Below are positions 33,926 through 46,374 of a DNA stretch of 64,000 nt, one piece after another (position 1 is the stretch's first letter; each line of letters starts with the position of its first letter). This DNA is from Chiloscyllium plagiosum (lineage: Eukaryota). The notes beneath the pieces were generated by a model that saw only the letters and a program-made list of their open reading frames with translations, made no database searches and was not told the origin of the DNA. Where the stretch lies: the NCBI RefSeq assembly GCF_004010195.1, contig NC_057719.1:74955106-75019105 (forward strand), in the 5' to 3' direction. Both the position numbers and the translations under genes were made by a program.

Positions 33926-36664
33926 TTCTGGGTTCCAACAGCTATCAACCATGAAAATGTTGAATGTTAGACAGTGAACCATAACTAGTTCATTTTGTTT
34001 AGAGGTGGACGGGAGAATGAGCTCTGACAAATTCAGCAGAACAGCACAAGTGGCGTGTCAGCCATTTCCCAGAGAACACATTGCACTTGATGTGCCTGAA
34101 AGAGCGTTGTGAAGATGGTGGGGCTTATTGACAGAGAAACACTACAGGTCATAAAACAGCCTTCACAAACTGTTGGCAAACCTGACAGATACAATTACAC
34201 CAACTGGGAGCCATTTTATGGGGCTCTTTAAACAGCTTGGAAAGAAAGGAGAAACTGATTGGGGTATAAGTGTTGGGCAGTTAACCTGGCAGTAAATTGC
34301 TATTAACATGATGTAGCTTGTCCTAACTCAGGGTTTACAGCACTGAAAGGAATTTGTTGAACTGTTGTTGCTAATTGATTTAAAACAATGAAACACTCTA
34401 CTGATGGTCAGGCAAGGAGGGGATGGCTAGCTTTTGAATCTCTGGTGGATTCAACCAAAGCACTACCTCAGAGCTTGCTGGAGAATATTAGGGTTCTCAG
34501 GCAGAGGTAGACTAGTCAGTAAAATGATCCCATTTTGATGCCGTGTGAAAGGTTATCTTTATCATAGTTGGAGCTTGACAGAAATTCATCAGTCATTGGC
34601 ATATTTTATAACATTGCAGATGATCAGTTCTTACAGATTTAAACCAAAAGAGTTGGAGTTGTAAAATAGAATAAAGCATCTTCTGTCGCATTTGCAAGTG
34701 AAGGATGCAAGGAGCTTGATGAGATGGGTTGAACAACTTTTTATTAATGAGTATTGCTCAGAACTGGAAGTCACCCAGCCTTTGTGAAATGATATAAATG
34801 ATGTTGGCTGAAGGAATTGGCAGTGTTGAACTCTTTACTGTCCCCTCTGGTAGACCCCCTGCAAATCCCTGCAGGGTAACATGGCATATCTGCAGGTTAA
34901 GCATAGTGCTGATTATTTATGGAGCTGCAACGGTTGGTGCAAAATGGGTGCGCCACCCATTTGTTTCAGTGTCCCACAATTCCCAGGGTCAGCTGCCACC
35001 GTTTGCTCACGTGGAACTAGGCATCAATGACTTGCCTTTGGCAAGAGGCTGGTGGAAATGTTTGGAATCCCAAAGCCACCCACAAATGGCGCTTCATTTC
35101 CCAACATTATAACAGTGACATCATTGGCCGCAAGGTGCTCTGGAAGCTGTTGAGGTTGGAAAATGCTAAAAAAAGCAAATCCTTGTCATTACAGCCGCTC
35201 AGCAAAGTTGCAGTCGCCTCTCAGTTTTACACTGTCCTGTCACTCACTTTGTGCTGAAGAGAATCTGTTGTACTTTTCCAACTTTCTGTACGTTTTGCAA
35301 TCTGACTGTGAATGATATTTAAAAAGGACGATGCAAGACTTTATAATGGGGACTGAATAATGCCGACACATCCCCTATTCTCTTACCCTCTGTTGCTTCC
35401 TCACTAGCGCACCACATTTGGACTGATCTCATATACTCCCCCAATGGGGTGATCAATTGCTAACATGCTAAGATTTGATATCAGTTTGTAAATGTGGGGA
35501 GCTTGCTCCGTTTGTCAGTTCCTGTGCTCCCTTTCAAAATTGAGACTCTTTATTTAATCCAGTCATTGGAGTGATGCCCACTTACCACCACTACATACCA
35601 CTGCTCAATTACATCTGTATGTTTGTAGTCCAGTTAGTCTTACCCCTTCTTCCCCACTTTGCATGAAGACCATACTTAGTTTTAATTTAAACTCTGGCTT
35701 TCAGTCTCTTCACATATCTAGGGGTGTTATGTTATAACAACAACTCTTAACAAAAAGACAAAACAATGCATTAAGACTGAATTATTTCTCACAAAGTAGG
35801 GGAATTGTTAGATAGATAAATGCAGCAGGTAATTTTCACACAGCAAACAGTACTTGGTTGAATTGCTTTAATGAATGACTTTATTTTTGCCTTTCAATAA
35901 CATTAAAAGCTGTTGATTCTGACACTCAGAGAGCCTATTTGTGCTTAGAGTCACAGAGATGTACAGCACAGAAACAGACCCTTTGGTTCAACCCGTTCAT
36001 GCCGACCAGATATCCTAAACTGACCTAGTCCCATTTGCCAGCATTGAGCCCATATCCCTTTAAACTGTTTGTATTCATATACCAATCCGGATGCTTTTAG
36101 GTACCAGCCTCCACCACCTCCTCTGTCAGCTCATTCCATACACGTACCACCCTGTGCATGAAAAAGTTACCCCTTAGGTCTCTTTTAAATCTTTCCCCTC
36201 ACACCTTAAACCTACTCCCTCGAGTTTTGTACTCCCCTACCCTAGGAAAAATATGTTGACCATTCACCCTATTCATGCCCCTCATGATTTTATAATTAAA
36301 TGTATCGGTCCTGCCCTGATTTGCCTTACCAAAATGTAACACCTCACATTTATCTACATTAAACTCCATCTGCCATTCCTCAACCTATTGGCACACCTGA
36401 TTAAGGTCCCATTTTACTCTGAAATAACCTCTTTTCTTGTCCACTACACCATTGATTTTGGTGTCATCTGCAAACTTACTAACCATTCCTCTATATTCAC
36501 AACCAAATCATTTATATAAATGATGAAAAGCAGTGAACCCAATACTGATTCTTGTGGCACACCGCTGGTCACAAGCCTCCAGTCAGAAAAGCAGCCCTTC
36601 ACCACCCCCTCTGTCTCCTTCCTTCAAGCCCACTGTGAATCCAGTTGGCTTGCTCCTTCTGAGT

Positions 36665-36824
36665 GGAGAGAAAATGAGGTCTGCAGATGCTGGAGATCAG
36701 AGATGGAAATGTGTTGCTGGAGAAGCGCAGCAGGTCAGGCAGCATCTAGGGAACAGGAGAATCGACGTTTCGGGCATTAGCCCTGAAGAAGGGCTAATGC
36801 CCGAAACGTCGATTCTCCTGTCCT
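36665..36824. mobile_element. Short Penelope-derived element (family A) with perfect hairpin
   Basis: Perfect 16-bp TSD CTTGCTCCTTCTGAGT (36649-36664 and 36825-36840); hairpin CAGGAGAATCGACGTTTCGGGCATTAGCCCT-GAAGA-AGGGCTAATGCCCGAAACGTCGATTCTCCTG. Confidence 0.9.
36781..36815 (+). ncRNA. Minimal type I hammerhead ribozyme motif (Penelope-type)
   Basis: CUGAAGA (36783-36789), extra A, stem II GGGC-UAAU-GCCC, GAAA, palindromic AC/GU helix III, GUC cleavage triplet ending at 36810. Confidence 0.72.
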
Positions 36825-37444
36825 CTTGCTCCTTCTGAGTCCCATGCAATCTAACCTTACTAATCAGTCTACTGTGCGGAACCTTGTTGAACACATTGCT
36901 TAAGTCCATACAGATTACTTCTATCTTTATTAATGTTCGTTGTCACGTCTTCAAGTTAATAAGACATGATTTCTCATGCACAAAGTCATGTTAACTATTT
37001 GCAATCAAAATAGTTCCCAAATGCACATAAATCATGTTCCTGAGAACCCCGTTCATCAACTTGGTCTGTAGTTCCCTGGCTTTTTCTTAACACCCTTCTT
37101 AAAGAGTGGCACCACGTTAGCCAACCTCCATTCTTCCGGTACCTCACCTGTGGCTATCAATGATACAAAAATCTCAGCAAGGAGCCCAGCAATCACTTCC
37201 CTAGCTTCCCACAGAGTTCTGGGAAATATGTGCTCAGATCCTAGGGATTTATCTACCCTTATGCGTTTTAAGACCTCATCTAAATTGGACAAATTATATT
37301 GGCAACAGTGGCCTCCATGAGACGTTCATAGAATTCAATCAAGATAGTTTCTTAGAGCAGAATGTTCTGGAACCATCCAGTAATCCCTTACCAGACTTGT
37401 TATTGCGTAATGTGACAGGCTTAATTGATGACAACAGGATCAAG

Positions 37445-37682
37445 TTCAGAGTGAGTTAGCTCAGGTGGCTGGTTTGCAATGCAGCATGATACCAACAGTG
37501 TGGGATCAATTCCCATACCACCTGAGGATACCACGAAGAACTTGCCATCTGAACCTCTCCCATTGCCTGACGCCTGGTGATCTTAAAGTTAAATCACCCA
37601 AATTTTCTCTCTCTCTCACTCTCTCTCTCTTTTTAATGAGAGAACAGCCCTATTGTCTGGTAAGACTTTGGTGACTTTACTG
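37445..37682 (+). mobile_element. tRNA-derived SINE (second family)
   Basis: TAGCTCAGGTGG A-box-like, GGGATCAATTCCC B-box-like, tail TAATGAGAGAACAGCCCTAT...GACTTTAC. Confidence 0.7.
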
Positions 37683-38089
37683 TTAAAGGCATCTGTAGGG
37701 AGCAATCACAATACGTTTGAATTCTATTTCCAGTTTGAAAGGGAGAACAATGGGTCTCAGACCAGGATATTCTAAACTTGAATAAGGACAATTATGTGGG
37801 CGTGAAAATGGAGTTAACTGAAGTGGAGTAGGACATTAGACGAAAAGATAGGCCAGTAGGGAAGCATTTAAAGGGATATTTCAGGATAGTCTGAACACTT
37901 CTAATATAACAAAAAATTCCAAGTGAAGGACCTAGCATCTGTGGTTAACTGAAGAAATTAAGGAAAGCGTGGAGATCTATGGGAAAAGCATATACTTCTG
38001 CTAAGCTGAGTGTCAGGTCAGAATGTAACCAACGGTAAAGAATGACGAAGAGGTTAATCAGGTCAAATAAAGAAGCAGGAGAGGAAGCT

Positions 38090-38390
38090 ATTTCTTATTT
38101 GTGGGATGTGGGTGTTTTTGGTTGGGTCAGCATTTTATTGCCCTTGAGAAGCTGCCGGTTGAGCTGCCTACTTGAAGCACTGCAATTCAGGTGCTGTTAC
38201 ACACAATGCCATTAGGAAAGGAAGTTCCAGGATTTTGACCCAGTGACACTGAAGCTACGGTGATATATTTCCAAGTCAGTATAGTGAGTGGCATGGAGGG
38301 GAACATGCAGCTGATGCTGTTTCCATGTATCTGCTGCCCTCATCCTTCTAGATGGTAGTAGTCATAAGTTTGGAGAGGGCTACCTAAGGA
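38090..38390 (-). mobile_element. L2/CR1-superfamily LINE 3' fragment
   Basis: GGGATGTGGGTG..CAGCATTTTATTGCCCTTGAGAAG; same family as 8335-8835. Confidence 0.6.
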
Positions 38391-39232
38391 TTGTAGAAAT
38401 GGGAAAACAGCACGTGTTTCTATATTTTTGAACTAGCGTAAGTTTCTATACTTATCTAAAAATGGAAAAATGTATGTAAGATGGGTGTTGGCTCCCGAGA
38501 GGGTATGAATGTATTACTTTTAACAGATAATTAAGAAGTGATAGATGAAATTATTAAATGCTTTCTTTCTTCACAAAATGGAATACTAAAATCATTCCAA
38601 TAATTGCTATAAATCAGGAGGTTGAAGGAAGAGGGGAACTTACTGAAATTATATTCACTAGGGAAGTGGTATTGAATAAAATTAAGGAATTATGGATTAA
38701 TAAATCTTCGGGTTCTGATGGATTTCAACCATGAACTTAAATCAGGTAGTAGATGCGTCAGTTTAAATTTCCCAAACTTCATTACATTCTGGAAAAATAA
38801 CATCTGACTGGAAATGAGCAAATGTAATTCATCTATTCAAGAAGGGAGGGAGACTGAAAGCAAGAATGTATAGGCCAATGAGCTTGATGTGCTTGTCGAA
38901 TCAATCATCAAAGAATTTACAAGTAGGCACTTGGAAAAAACTGAAAGTAATCAGAAAGTGTCAATATGGCTTTGTGAAGGAGAAATCATATTTAACCAGT
39001 TTGGTGTAATTCCATGAAGGAATAACATTCGCTTTGGCTCATTGATGAAGCATACTTTGACTTTCAAAATGCATTTGACAGTGGGCTACATAGATAGTTA
39101 CTGCACCAAGCAAGAGTTCATTGTACAGCCGGTTACAAACTGACTGGATAGCAGATTGGTTGCCCGACAAGATGCCTGGCTCTTTTTTAGACTGGCAGGA
39201 TGTGATCTAGGGAGTCCCACAGGGACTTCTTT

Positions 39233-39570
39233 GGCCGCAGTGGCTCAGTGGTTAACACTGCTGCCTCACAGTGCCAGGCACCTGGGTTCAATTCTCACCT
39301 CGGGTGACTGTCAGTGTGGAGTTTGCATGTTCTCCCTTTGTCTGCGTAGGTTTCCTCTGGGTGCTCTGGTTTCCTCCCACAGTCCAAACATGTGCAGGTT
39401 AGGTGGATTGGCTATGCTAAATTACCCATATTGTTCAGGGATGTGTAGGTTAGGTGCATTAGTCCGTGGAAATTTAGGGGAATGGGTCTGGGAGGGTTGC
39501 TCTTTGGAGGGTCCATGTGGACTTGTTGGGCCAAAATGCCCTGTTTCCACACTGTAGGGATTCTATGATT
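39233..39570 (+). mobile_element. HE1-like V-SINE
   Basis: GTGGCTCAGTGGTTAACACTGCTGCCTCACAG head; CACACTGTAGGGATTCTATGA tail. Confidence 0.88.
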
Positions 39571-40399
39571 AGATGAGGGAAGCAAAGGCAAGTGAGCTCA
39601 ATTCAGAGGCTGTACAAAGCTCGATGGGAAAGTTATGTTGTAAGGATGACAGAATAAATGCCGATTAGGCTGATAGATTAAGTGAATGGGCAAAAATCTG
39701 GCAGATGGAGCATATCTTGTGAAATTGTTCATTTTGGCAGGAAAAATACAAAAGCAGAATAATATTCAAACTGAGAATGACTGCAGAATTTCAAAGTGCT
39801 GATAGATCTAGATGTACGGGCCCTTGAGTCTCAAAAGTTAGCATACATAGTTAAAAGGTAAAAAAGTGTAACAATGAAGGCTAATTATTTAACATTAAAG
39901 GAATTTAACGAAAAGTAAGAAGGTTATTCAGTTCAACAGGGTAATGGAGAGATCACAGAGTTGTACCTAATGGAAACAGATCGTAAATGTAACTGTAACT
40001 GCATCGACCACTAAACATCTCAAAGGATGTAACTGCGTGGAGACAGATCAGAGAAGATTTTACAGTATTGATGCCAGGGTTGTGTTATGAGGAAAGGTTT
40101 GACGGGCTGAGCTTGTTTTCTCTAGAATTTAAAAGAGAGAGAGGTGATTTGATGATGTGTGTACAATATGGAACAGTCTTGACAAGGTGGATGTGGAAAG
40201 GATGATTCCTCTTGTGGGTGACTCCAGAGCTAGGGGACACTGATTTAAAATTAGGAGTTGCCCCTTTTAGGGCAGAGATGAGGGGAAAGTCTTTCTCTGA
40301 GAGTTGTGCGACTCTGTTCAGAAGGCAGGGTTGCAGAAGGTGGAGGTGGTTAAATCCTCATTGTCCAGAAAATTAAAGGGTATCTGGGGGGTAGCTATC

Positions 40400-40710
40400 T
40401 ATGACTTGCACGATGCACTGCAAAAGTTCACCCAAGATCCTCAGACAGCTCCTTCCAATCCCATGACCACTTCCACCTAGAAGGACAAGAGCAGTAGATA
40501 CTTGGGAACACCACTACCCAGCCACTCACCATCCTGACTTGGAAATATATCGCCATTCCTTCGTTGTCGCTGGGTCAACATCTTGGAGCTGTCTCCTGAA
40601 TGGCATTGTGGGTCAACCCCACAGCAAGAGGTTCAAGAAGGTGGTGTCAAGGGCAAATAGGGACTGGCAATAAATGCTGGCTCAGCCAGCGACACCCATA
40701 TCCTGCAAAA
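40400..40710 (+). mobile_element. L2/CR1-superfamily LINE 3' fragment
   Basis: CCACTCACCATCCTGACTTGGAAATATATCGCC...GGCAATAAATGCTGGC...CACCCATATCC. Confidence 0.65.
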
Positions 40711-41049
40711 ACAAAGAAGAGAAAAAGCTGGGTACGTGGAATTCATACATTACAAATCACCGTGACCTCACTGAATGATGGAGCGGCCTTGAAAGATAGA
40801 ATGGCTCTCCGTTTGCTCCTACTTTGTATGTTTGTACATTCATAAAGCACTTTGAACTGGGGATCCACCAAGCCTGCTTTGTGGGTAAGGACCTGATGAT
40901 TCATGAGCACTGCATCAGTTTCATTGGAATTGGGCAGCGTGCAGTCCTGCTGTTTGCATTCAGCTGACTCAGATTGTGACATGGCACTGTGTGTTTGCCT
41001 CACTGCTCACTGCCTGGTTGGGGGGGGGGGGGGGGGTTGATCAACCAGC

Positions 41050-41888
41050 ATTTTACTTCATTCATTCATGGGATGAGGGCACTGCTGGCTCAGCCAGAAT
41101 TTATTGCCCATCCCTAATTTCAAATCTAATGTTGATCTCACTTTTGTTCACCTCTTGTGCAGCCATAACCTTGTATGCCTCGTTCTGTCTAAACACCTTG
41201 TGATCTGTATGTCCTTGTATCTTATGACCTGCCTGTACTGCAAAACTTTTCACTGTAGTTTAGATTAGATGGATCCCCTACAGTATGGAAACAGGCCATT
41301 CGGCCCAAATCCACACCAACCCTCCAAAAAATAACCCACCCAGACCCATTCCTCTACATTTACCGCATGACTAATGTACCTAACACTGTGGGCAATCTGG
41401 CATGGCCAATTCACCTGACCTGTACATCTTTGGATTGTGGGAGGAAACCCACGCAGACATGGGGGAGAATGTGCAAACTCTGCACACACAATCACCCGAG
41501 GTTGAGATTGAACCCAGGCCTCTGGCGCTGTGAGGTGACAGTGCTAACTACTGAGCCATTGTGCTTCCCACCCTTGATGCACGTATAAACAATAAATCAA
41601 ATCATTGGCCAGAGGACAGCTAAGAGTCAACCACATTGCTGTGGGTCTGGAGTTACATGTAGGCCAGACCAGGTAAGGATGGCAGCTTCCCTCCCTAATG
41701 GGCTCCAGTGAACCAGATGGATTTTTCCTGACAATCAATTCGTGGTCACCTTTAGACTCTTAATTCGAGCTTTTTATAATTGAATTCAAATTCACCATCT
41801 GTAGGATTCGAACCTGGCTCCCCTGAACATTACCAGGGTCTCTGGATCAACAGTCCAGCAATAATACCACTAGGCAATTGCCTCCCCA
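41050..41888 (-). mobile_element. tRNA-headed SINE with LINE-derived tail, containing two nested insertions
   Basis: Head GGATTCGAACC...ACCACTAGGCAATTGCCTCCC (41800-41887); tail TTCATTCATTCATGGGATG...CCCATCCCTAATT (41055-41120); same family at 49305, 52770 and 58340. Confidence 0.65.
41260..41572 (-). mobile_element. HE1-like V-SINE
   Basis: Reverse-complemented head, V-domain and tail. Confidence 0.85.
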
Positions 41889-41959
41889 TATATACCTAGC
41901 AACGTTGTGCAACTAATTTGTGGCATTATTCTTTTTAAAGACAGTCTGGCCTTCTGAAA

Positions 41960-42276
41960 GAGATTAGATTACTTACAGTGTGGAAACAGGCCCTTTGGCC
42001 CAACAAGTCCACACTGACCTGTCAAAGCGCAACCCACCCAGACCCATTCCCTTACATTTACCCCTGCCCCTAACACTACGGGCAATTTAGCCAGTTCACC
42101 TAACCTGCACATTTTTGGATTGTGGGAGGAAAGTGGTGCACCTGGAGAAACCCACGCAGACACGGGGAGAATGTGTAAATTCCACACAGTCCAGTCAGTC
42201 GCCTGAGGCGGGAATTGAACCCGGATCTCTGGCACTGTGAGGCAGCAGTGCTACCCACTGTGCCACCGTGCCGCAC
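41960..42276 (-). mobile_element. HE1-like V-SINE, young subfamily
   Basis: AGATTAGATTACTTACAGTGTGGAAACAGG ... CACTGTGCCACCGTGCCGC. Confidence 0.9.
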
Positions 42277-43827
42277 ACAAAGGAACTGCATTTGGTAATG
42301 TTACTGAAATTTACCTGGATAGTTTTAACATCAGAGTAGAGAGAAGGTACCACGGGAATGAATGTCTTTTCCTTGCTTTCGCTTGGAATGTTGGCCATCT
42401 GAAAGTTAGGAAAACATGACCTAGCAAGGGAGATGTTTTTCAGCTAATCCAGACAGCGGGTCCACTCCGTCAAAGTTGATTTTCGCAGGAGTTTTGACTG
42501 ACTGCTTATGGAGCTGGCTTCAGGAAGGACAGTAGCAGTTGCTTGATAATCTTCCCATGGAATCCTAACAAGCTGTTACAAACACCCAAATTCCTGTACG
42601 GAATAATTGAGCAGTTGCCTTAACCTCATGACCACATTGCAGATCACAGGGTACTCACGAGCAACAACGTAGGCAATCTGCTGGGATTACTTTGAAATAT
42701 AAGGTTTCATCGAATCTCCATTTGTCCCTTCACAAACTGTTAATTCAATGCTGGCAGGCTGCTCTGGCAATTTTCTAGAAACTGAAGCATACTTTTCTCC
42801 GATTCCTCTTGATTCTTTAGTTCTTTTAAGAAACAGAATTTTTTCTTTAAAGAAAGGACTTAATTCTCAGAAAACAGTTCAGTCCAATCCCATGTTGCTA
42901 TGGGTTTTTATTTACTTAATTGCCAATCATTTTACATGAGGGTTTGTTGAAATATGTCACTCTCTGGCTGCTTTTTAAATCTGCAAGTGATTTACATGAA
43001 TTGGCAGAGCTCTGAATGATCCTGCAAATGTCAAAGGGTCATTCCGCATGTACCAGGCACATTAGACGGATGATATCTTTTAGTAACATTCACTCCTTTT
43101 CTTTCAGATATTTTTAGCCTCTGTGTTTGATCCTCCTCTTTTGAGTGAGCCTGACCATTTGTCCTTGTTTAGTGTTTTAACAGCCAAAGCAAAGCAATTA
43201 AAACAGCACCCGTAAATGGTGACACATACAATCTGCATATACTTGGTACTTGCTGCTACCCTTTAGCTGTGTTACAGTTTTTTCAGGGAGTCTAAGTTGC
43301 TGCACACTTCTGATGTAGATGCTGATGATAGTAAAGGCTCCAACTTTCTTTCTATCATGTGGTTGATCAGGAGTGTCTGCCATCCTTAGCACTTGACATC
43401 AGTGCGCGTTCACAAGACTGCCCGATTGATACGGAGTTGTTTGGCTGCTTTACGAACGCACCTTCTCCGGCCTTTGGGTCAATCAGCAACAAATGCTGGC
43501 CTTGACTACAATCTGACAACTCTTGAAAGAATTAACGGTCAGTTGCTTCGGGCAACCTGATGTGAGGGTCCAGAGAGCACGGGTTAGGTCTTTGTTCGAA
43601 CATGGAAGGGGCATGCCTGTTTCTCCTTACTCATGTCACGCTGGCACTCATTTGACGTGTAAGCTCAGGGCATTAACCTCCTTGGCCAAGAAATTTGTAT
43701 TGTCTCTGCATATTGACACTGAATTTCCACATTTCAGCAGAGTTACTGCGCAGCAATAAACAAGAGTTTGATTTCATTCCTTCTTATCACCACATCCCTC
43801 CACCCCAAACTCTATTTTGACAACTGT

Positions 43828-44212
43828 ATCATGGAATCCCTACAGCATGGAAACAGGCCGTTTGGCCCATTGAGCCCACACCGGCTCTCCAAAGAGCATC
43901 CCACCCAGTGAACAGCAGTTCCTATCATTGTCAAAGAGAACACAAGCCCCTGTTGTTACTATAGAGGACAGCAGTCCCTGACTTTTTAAAATTGTAGATA
44001 ACAGCATTTCCCATGGCTAATCCACCTAGCCTGCAGTTCCTTGGACACTGTGGGCAATTTAGCATGGCCAGTCCATCTAACCTGCACATCTGTGGACTGT
44101 GGGAGGAAACCTATGCAGTCATGGGTTGAATGTGCAAACAAGGATGGAATTGAATCTGGGTCCCTGGTGCTGTGAGGCAGCAGTACAAACCACTGAGCCA
44201 CAATGCCACCCT
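43828..44212 (-). mobile_element. HE1-like V-SINE, older, with unrelated internal sequence
   Basis: TCATGGAATCCCTACAGCATGGAAACAGG tail; GCTGTGAGGCAGCAGTACAAACCACTGAGCCAC head. Confidence 0.75.
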
Positions 44213-44699
44213 CAATAGATAAACTGGACTCATTCTTCTATTGATACAACTGAGTTCAGAAGAAACTGGGAACTTGTACCCACAAGACTGTGCACTGAAT
44301 TATTAAGTGATATAGAGAAATGCAAGTACTCTGTTGGACTTTTGGACTGTTAGATGTGTGAGAATTGGTTTTTGAAGTGACAAAGGCTGAAGCTTTTAAT
44401 TCCAACTTGGTTAAGGGGATGGGGAAAGAGAGCGGTGGTGGGGGGGGGGGGGGGGCTGTGTCCAGGGGTGTAATAAATAACTGAGACAAATTAATTTGCT
44501 TTGTTTAACTGAATGGGATTGGTGCTTGAAGTAAAAGTAAATTGGTTGCTTAATCCTGCTGACTCTCCACTCAGTCTTTCCCTTGAAAGGAAAATGTATC
44601 AAAGAGCTATTTGCAAACCGTTACAGCCCTAATTAGTTTAAAGTTAGTCTTTTAACACAAGGTGAAGGCGAGAAACACTTCAGTTTGCATGTGTTGGTT

Positions 44700-45220
44700 A
44701 GATAGACCATGTTTGGTGAGTGTGCCTTGTTCATGACTGCATTACTAAAAAAGAACATTGGGGCATTAGAGAAAGTGCAAGAAATATTTATGATGATGAT
44801 ATTGGAGATAAAATGTAATAATTACCAGGAAAGCCTGAATAAGCTGGGGCTCCCTTTGTGAGAAAAGAGAAGTCTGGGTGGGTGACTTAATAGTGGTCAT
44901 TGAAAGGAGTTTGATCGGGCAGACAGAGTGGGGGAGAACGTATCAACTCATGGGGGAAGTCAGATGGCATCAATGTAAGACAGTCACAAATACATTCAAT
45001 AAGGGATCAGGAATAACGTCTTTATGCAGAGTGTGATTAAAACAAGTGATGGAGTGGTTGAGGTGAATATCATAGATGTGTTGAAAGGGAAGCTAAGTAT
45101 GAAGGAGAAAGGATATGTAGTTAAAGGTGGATGAAGAAATGAGGCAGGAGGCTTCTGTGGAACGTAAACACTGAAGACTGTTTCTTATGTGATTCCATGT
45201 AATACTTCATTGTGTGGAGG
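44700..45220 (+). mobile_element. Old CR1 3' remnant
   Basis: GCATTAGAGAAAGTGCAAGAA...GGGTGACTTAATAG...TTTATGCAGAGTGTG. Confidence 0.55.
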
Positions 45221-46374
45221 GAAATGTCACTGCACCTCATGCATCCTGATGAACCTGTTTCCTTTCTGTGGTGCAATGCCCGGTAACAGAGATGGGTGAT
45301 GGGCAGTGTGGCACATTTCCAAGTGGTGGAAAGTTTTAAGGGGATACCAATCACATCTTCATGATGATGGAGTAAACCTGGCGTGTAACGTTCATCCTAT
45401 GGCCTGAGATACTATCTTCAGGCTGGTTGCTGGGCTCATTCAGATTGTCATCCAGTCTCCTGACTGATGGTTCTTAATTCTCTCAAACTCTCCCAGAGTT
45501 GAATGAGAAAAAAGGACATAGTGGTCATCGCTATTCTTGGGTGATTTTGATACAATGTTGACCTCCATAAACCACTATGACCAGGTTCCCAACTTAATTG
45601 AGTCCATTTACCATATCCCTCAAAACATTTCCTATTTGTACACCTGTCCAAATGTCTTTTAAATGTTGTAACGGTACCTGCATCTAACAGTTCGCTTCAG
45701 AAGGGAGATCCGTCTAGTTACCTCCCAGTACCTCAATCATAACATTCAAGAAGTTCAGTGGGATTATATTCAGTTCAAAATTTTTGAGCCGCAAAATGTT
45801 TCTGACACTCCCAGTGAGGGTGCTGTCGGCATGGATATGTTGGACCGAAGGGTCTGTTTCCATGCTATATGTGTCCTGCTGGAAAGTACTTCAAGATGAA
45901 TCTGAGAAATGTTGGGGTGAAACTATAAAATTTTACAGGGAAGTAAAGAAGGCTAAGTAATTTGAAACTAAAATAAATGCTTTCAATAAGACACAATTTT
46001 CTCTTGTATCAATGTAGGGGAAGAAGGTTTGACAATTGAAAGAGCCATGGTTTATTGATTACTGGAGACTTCCTTGCCCCATTTCCGATATGTACAAGCT
46101 GGTAGGGCCCTCTTATGTTAAAGGTGAATAGACATTGAGTTCTTTCTCCATCAGATGCACTGTTATGATAAAGGAGCTAACTTGCTGCCAATTTGCACAC
46201 GCAAACCATAAAAAAAATCAATTTACCATTGAACCTTCTGCATCGTTTGGTGGGGAGCTGTTATTCTATTTCTGAACTCCATATGAGAGAGTGCAGACTG
46301 ATGTCCCAATAGAGATTGGATGATGTGGCGTGATGGTTCCTGTTCAGAGAGCAGCACAGAAGTAAGTGTCATAA

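Larger units (their letters stand above)
35945..37285 (-). mobile_element. CR1/HER1-like LINE pieces (3' end and RT region)
   Basis: Minus ORFs VDKSLGSEHIFPRTLWEARE..VPEEWRLANVVPLFKKG..PGNYRP and MDLSNVFNKVPH; GTGTCATCTGCAAA is the reverse complement of FADD. Confidence 0.85.
37290..40390 (+). mobile_element. Long, heavily decayed CR1 LINE with several insertions
   Basis: Sequential ORF2 remnants (TAAATCTTCGGGTTCTGATGGA, GCAAATGTAATTCATCTATTCAAGAAGGGAGG, GACTTTCAAAATGCATTTGACA, GGAGTCCCACAGGGA, AGAGCTAGGGGACAC). Confidence 0.75.

Noticed and set aside
41018..41037. Poly-G run
   Set aside because: Isolated homopolymer with no supporting context; its length may be a sequencing artefact.
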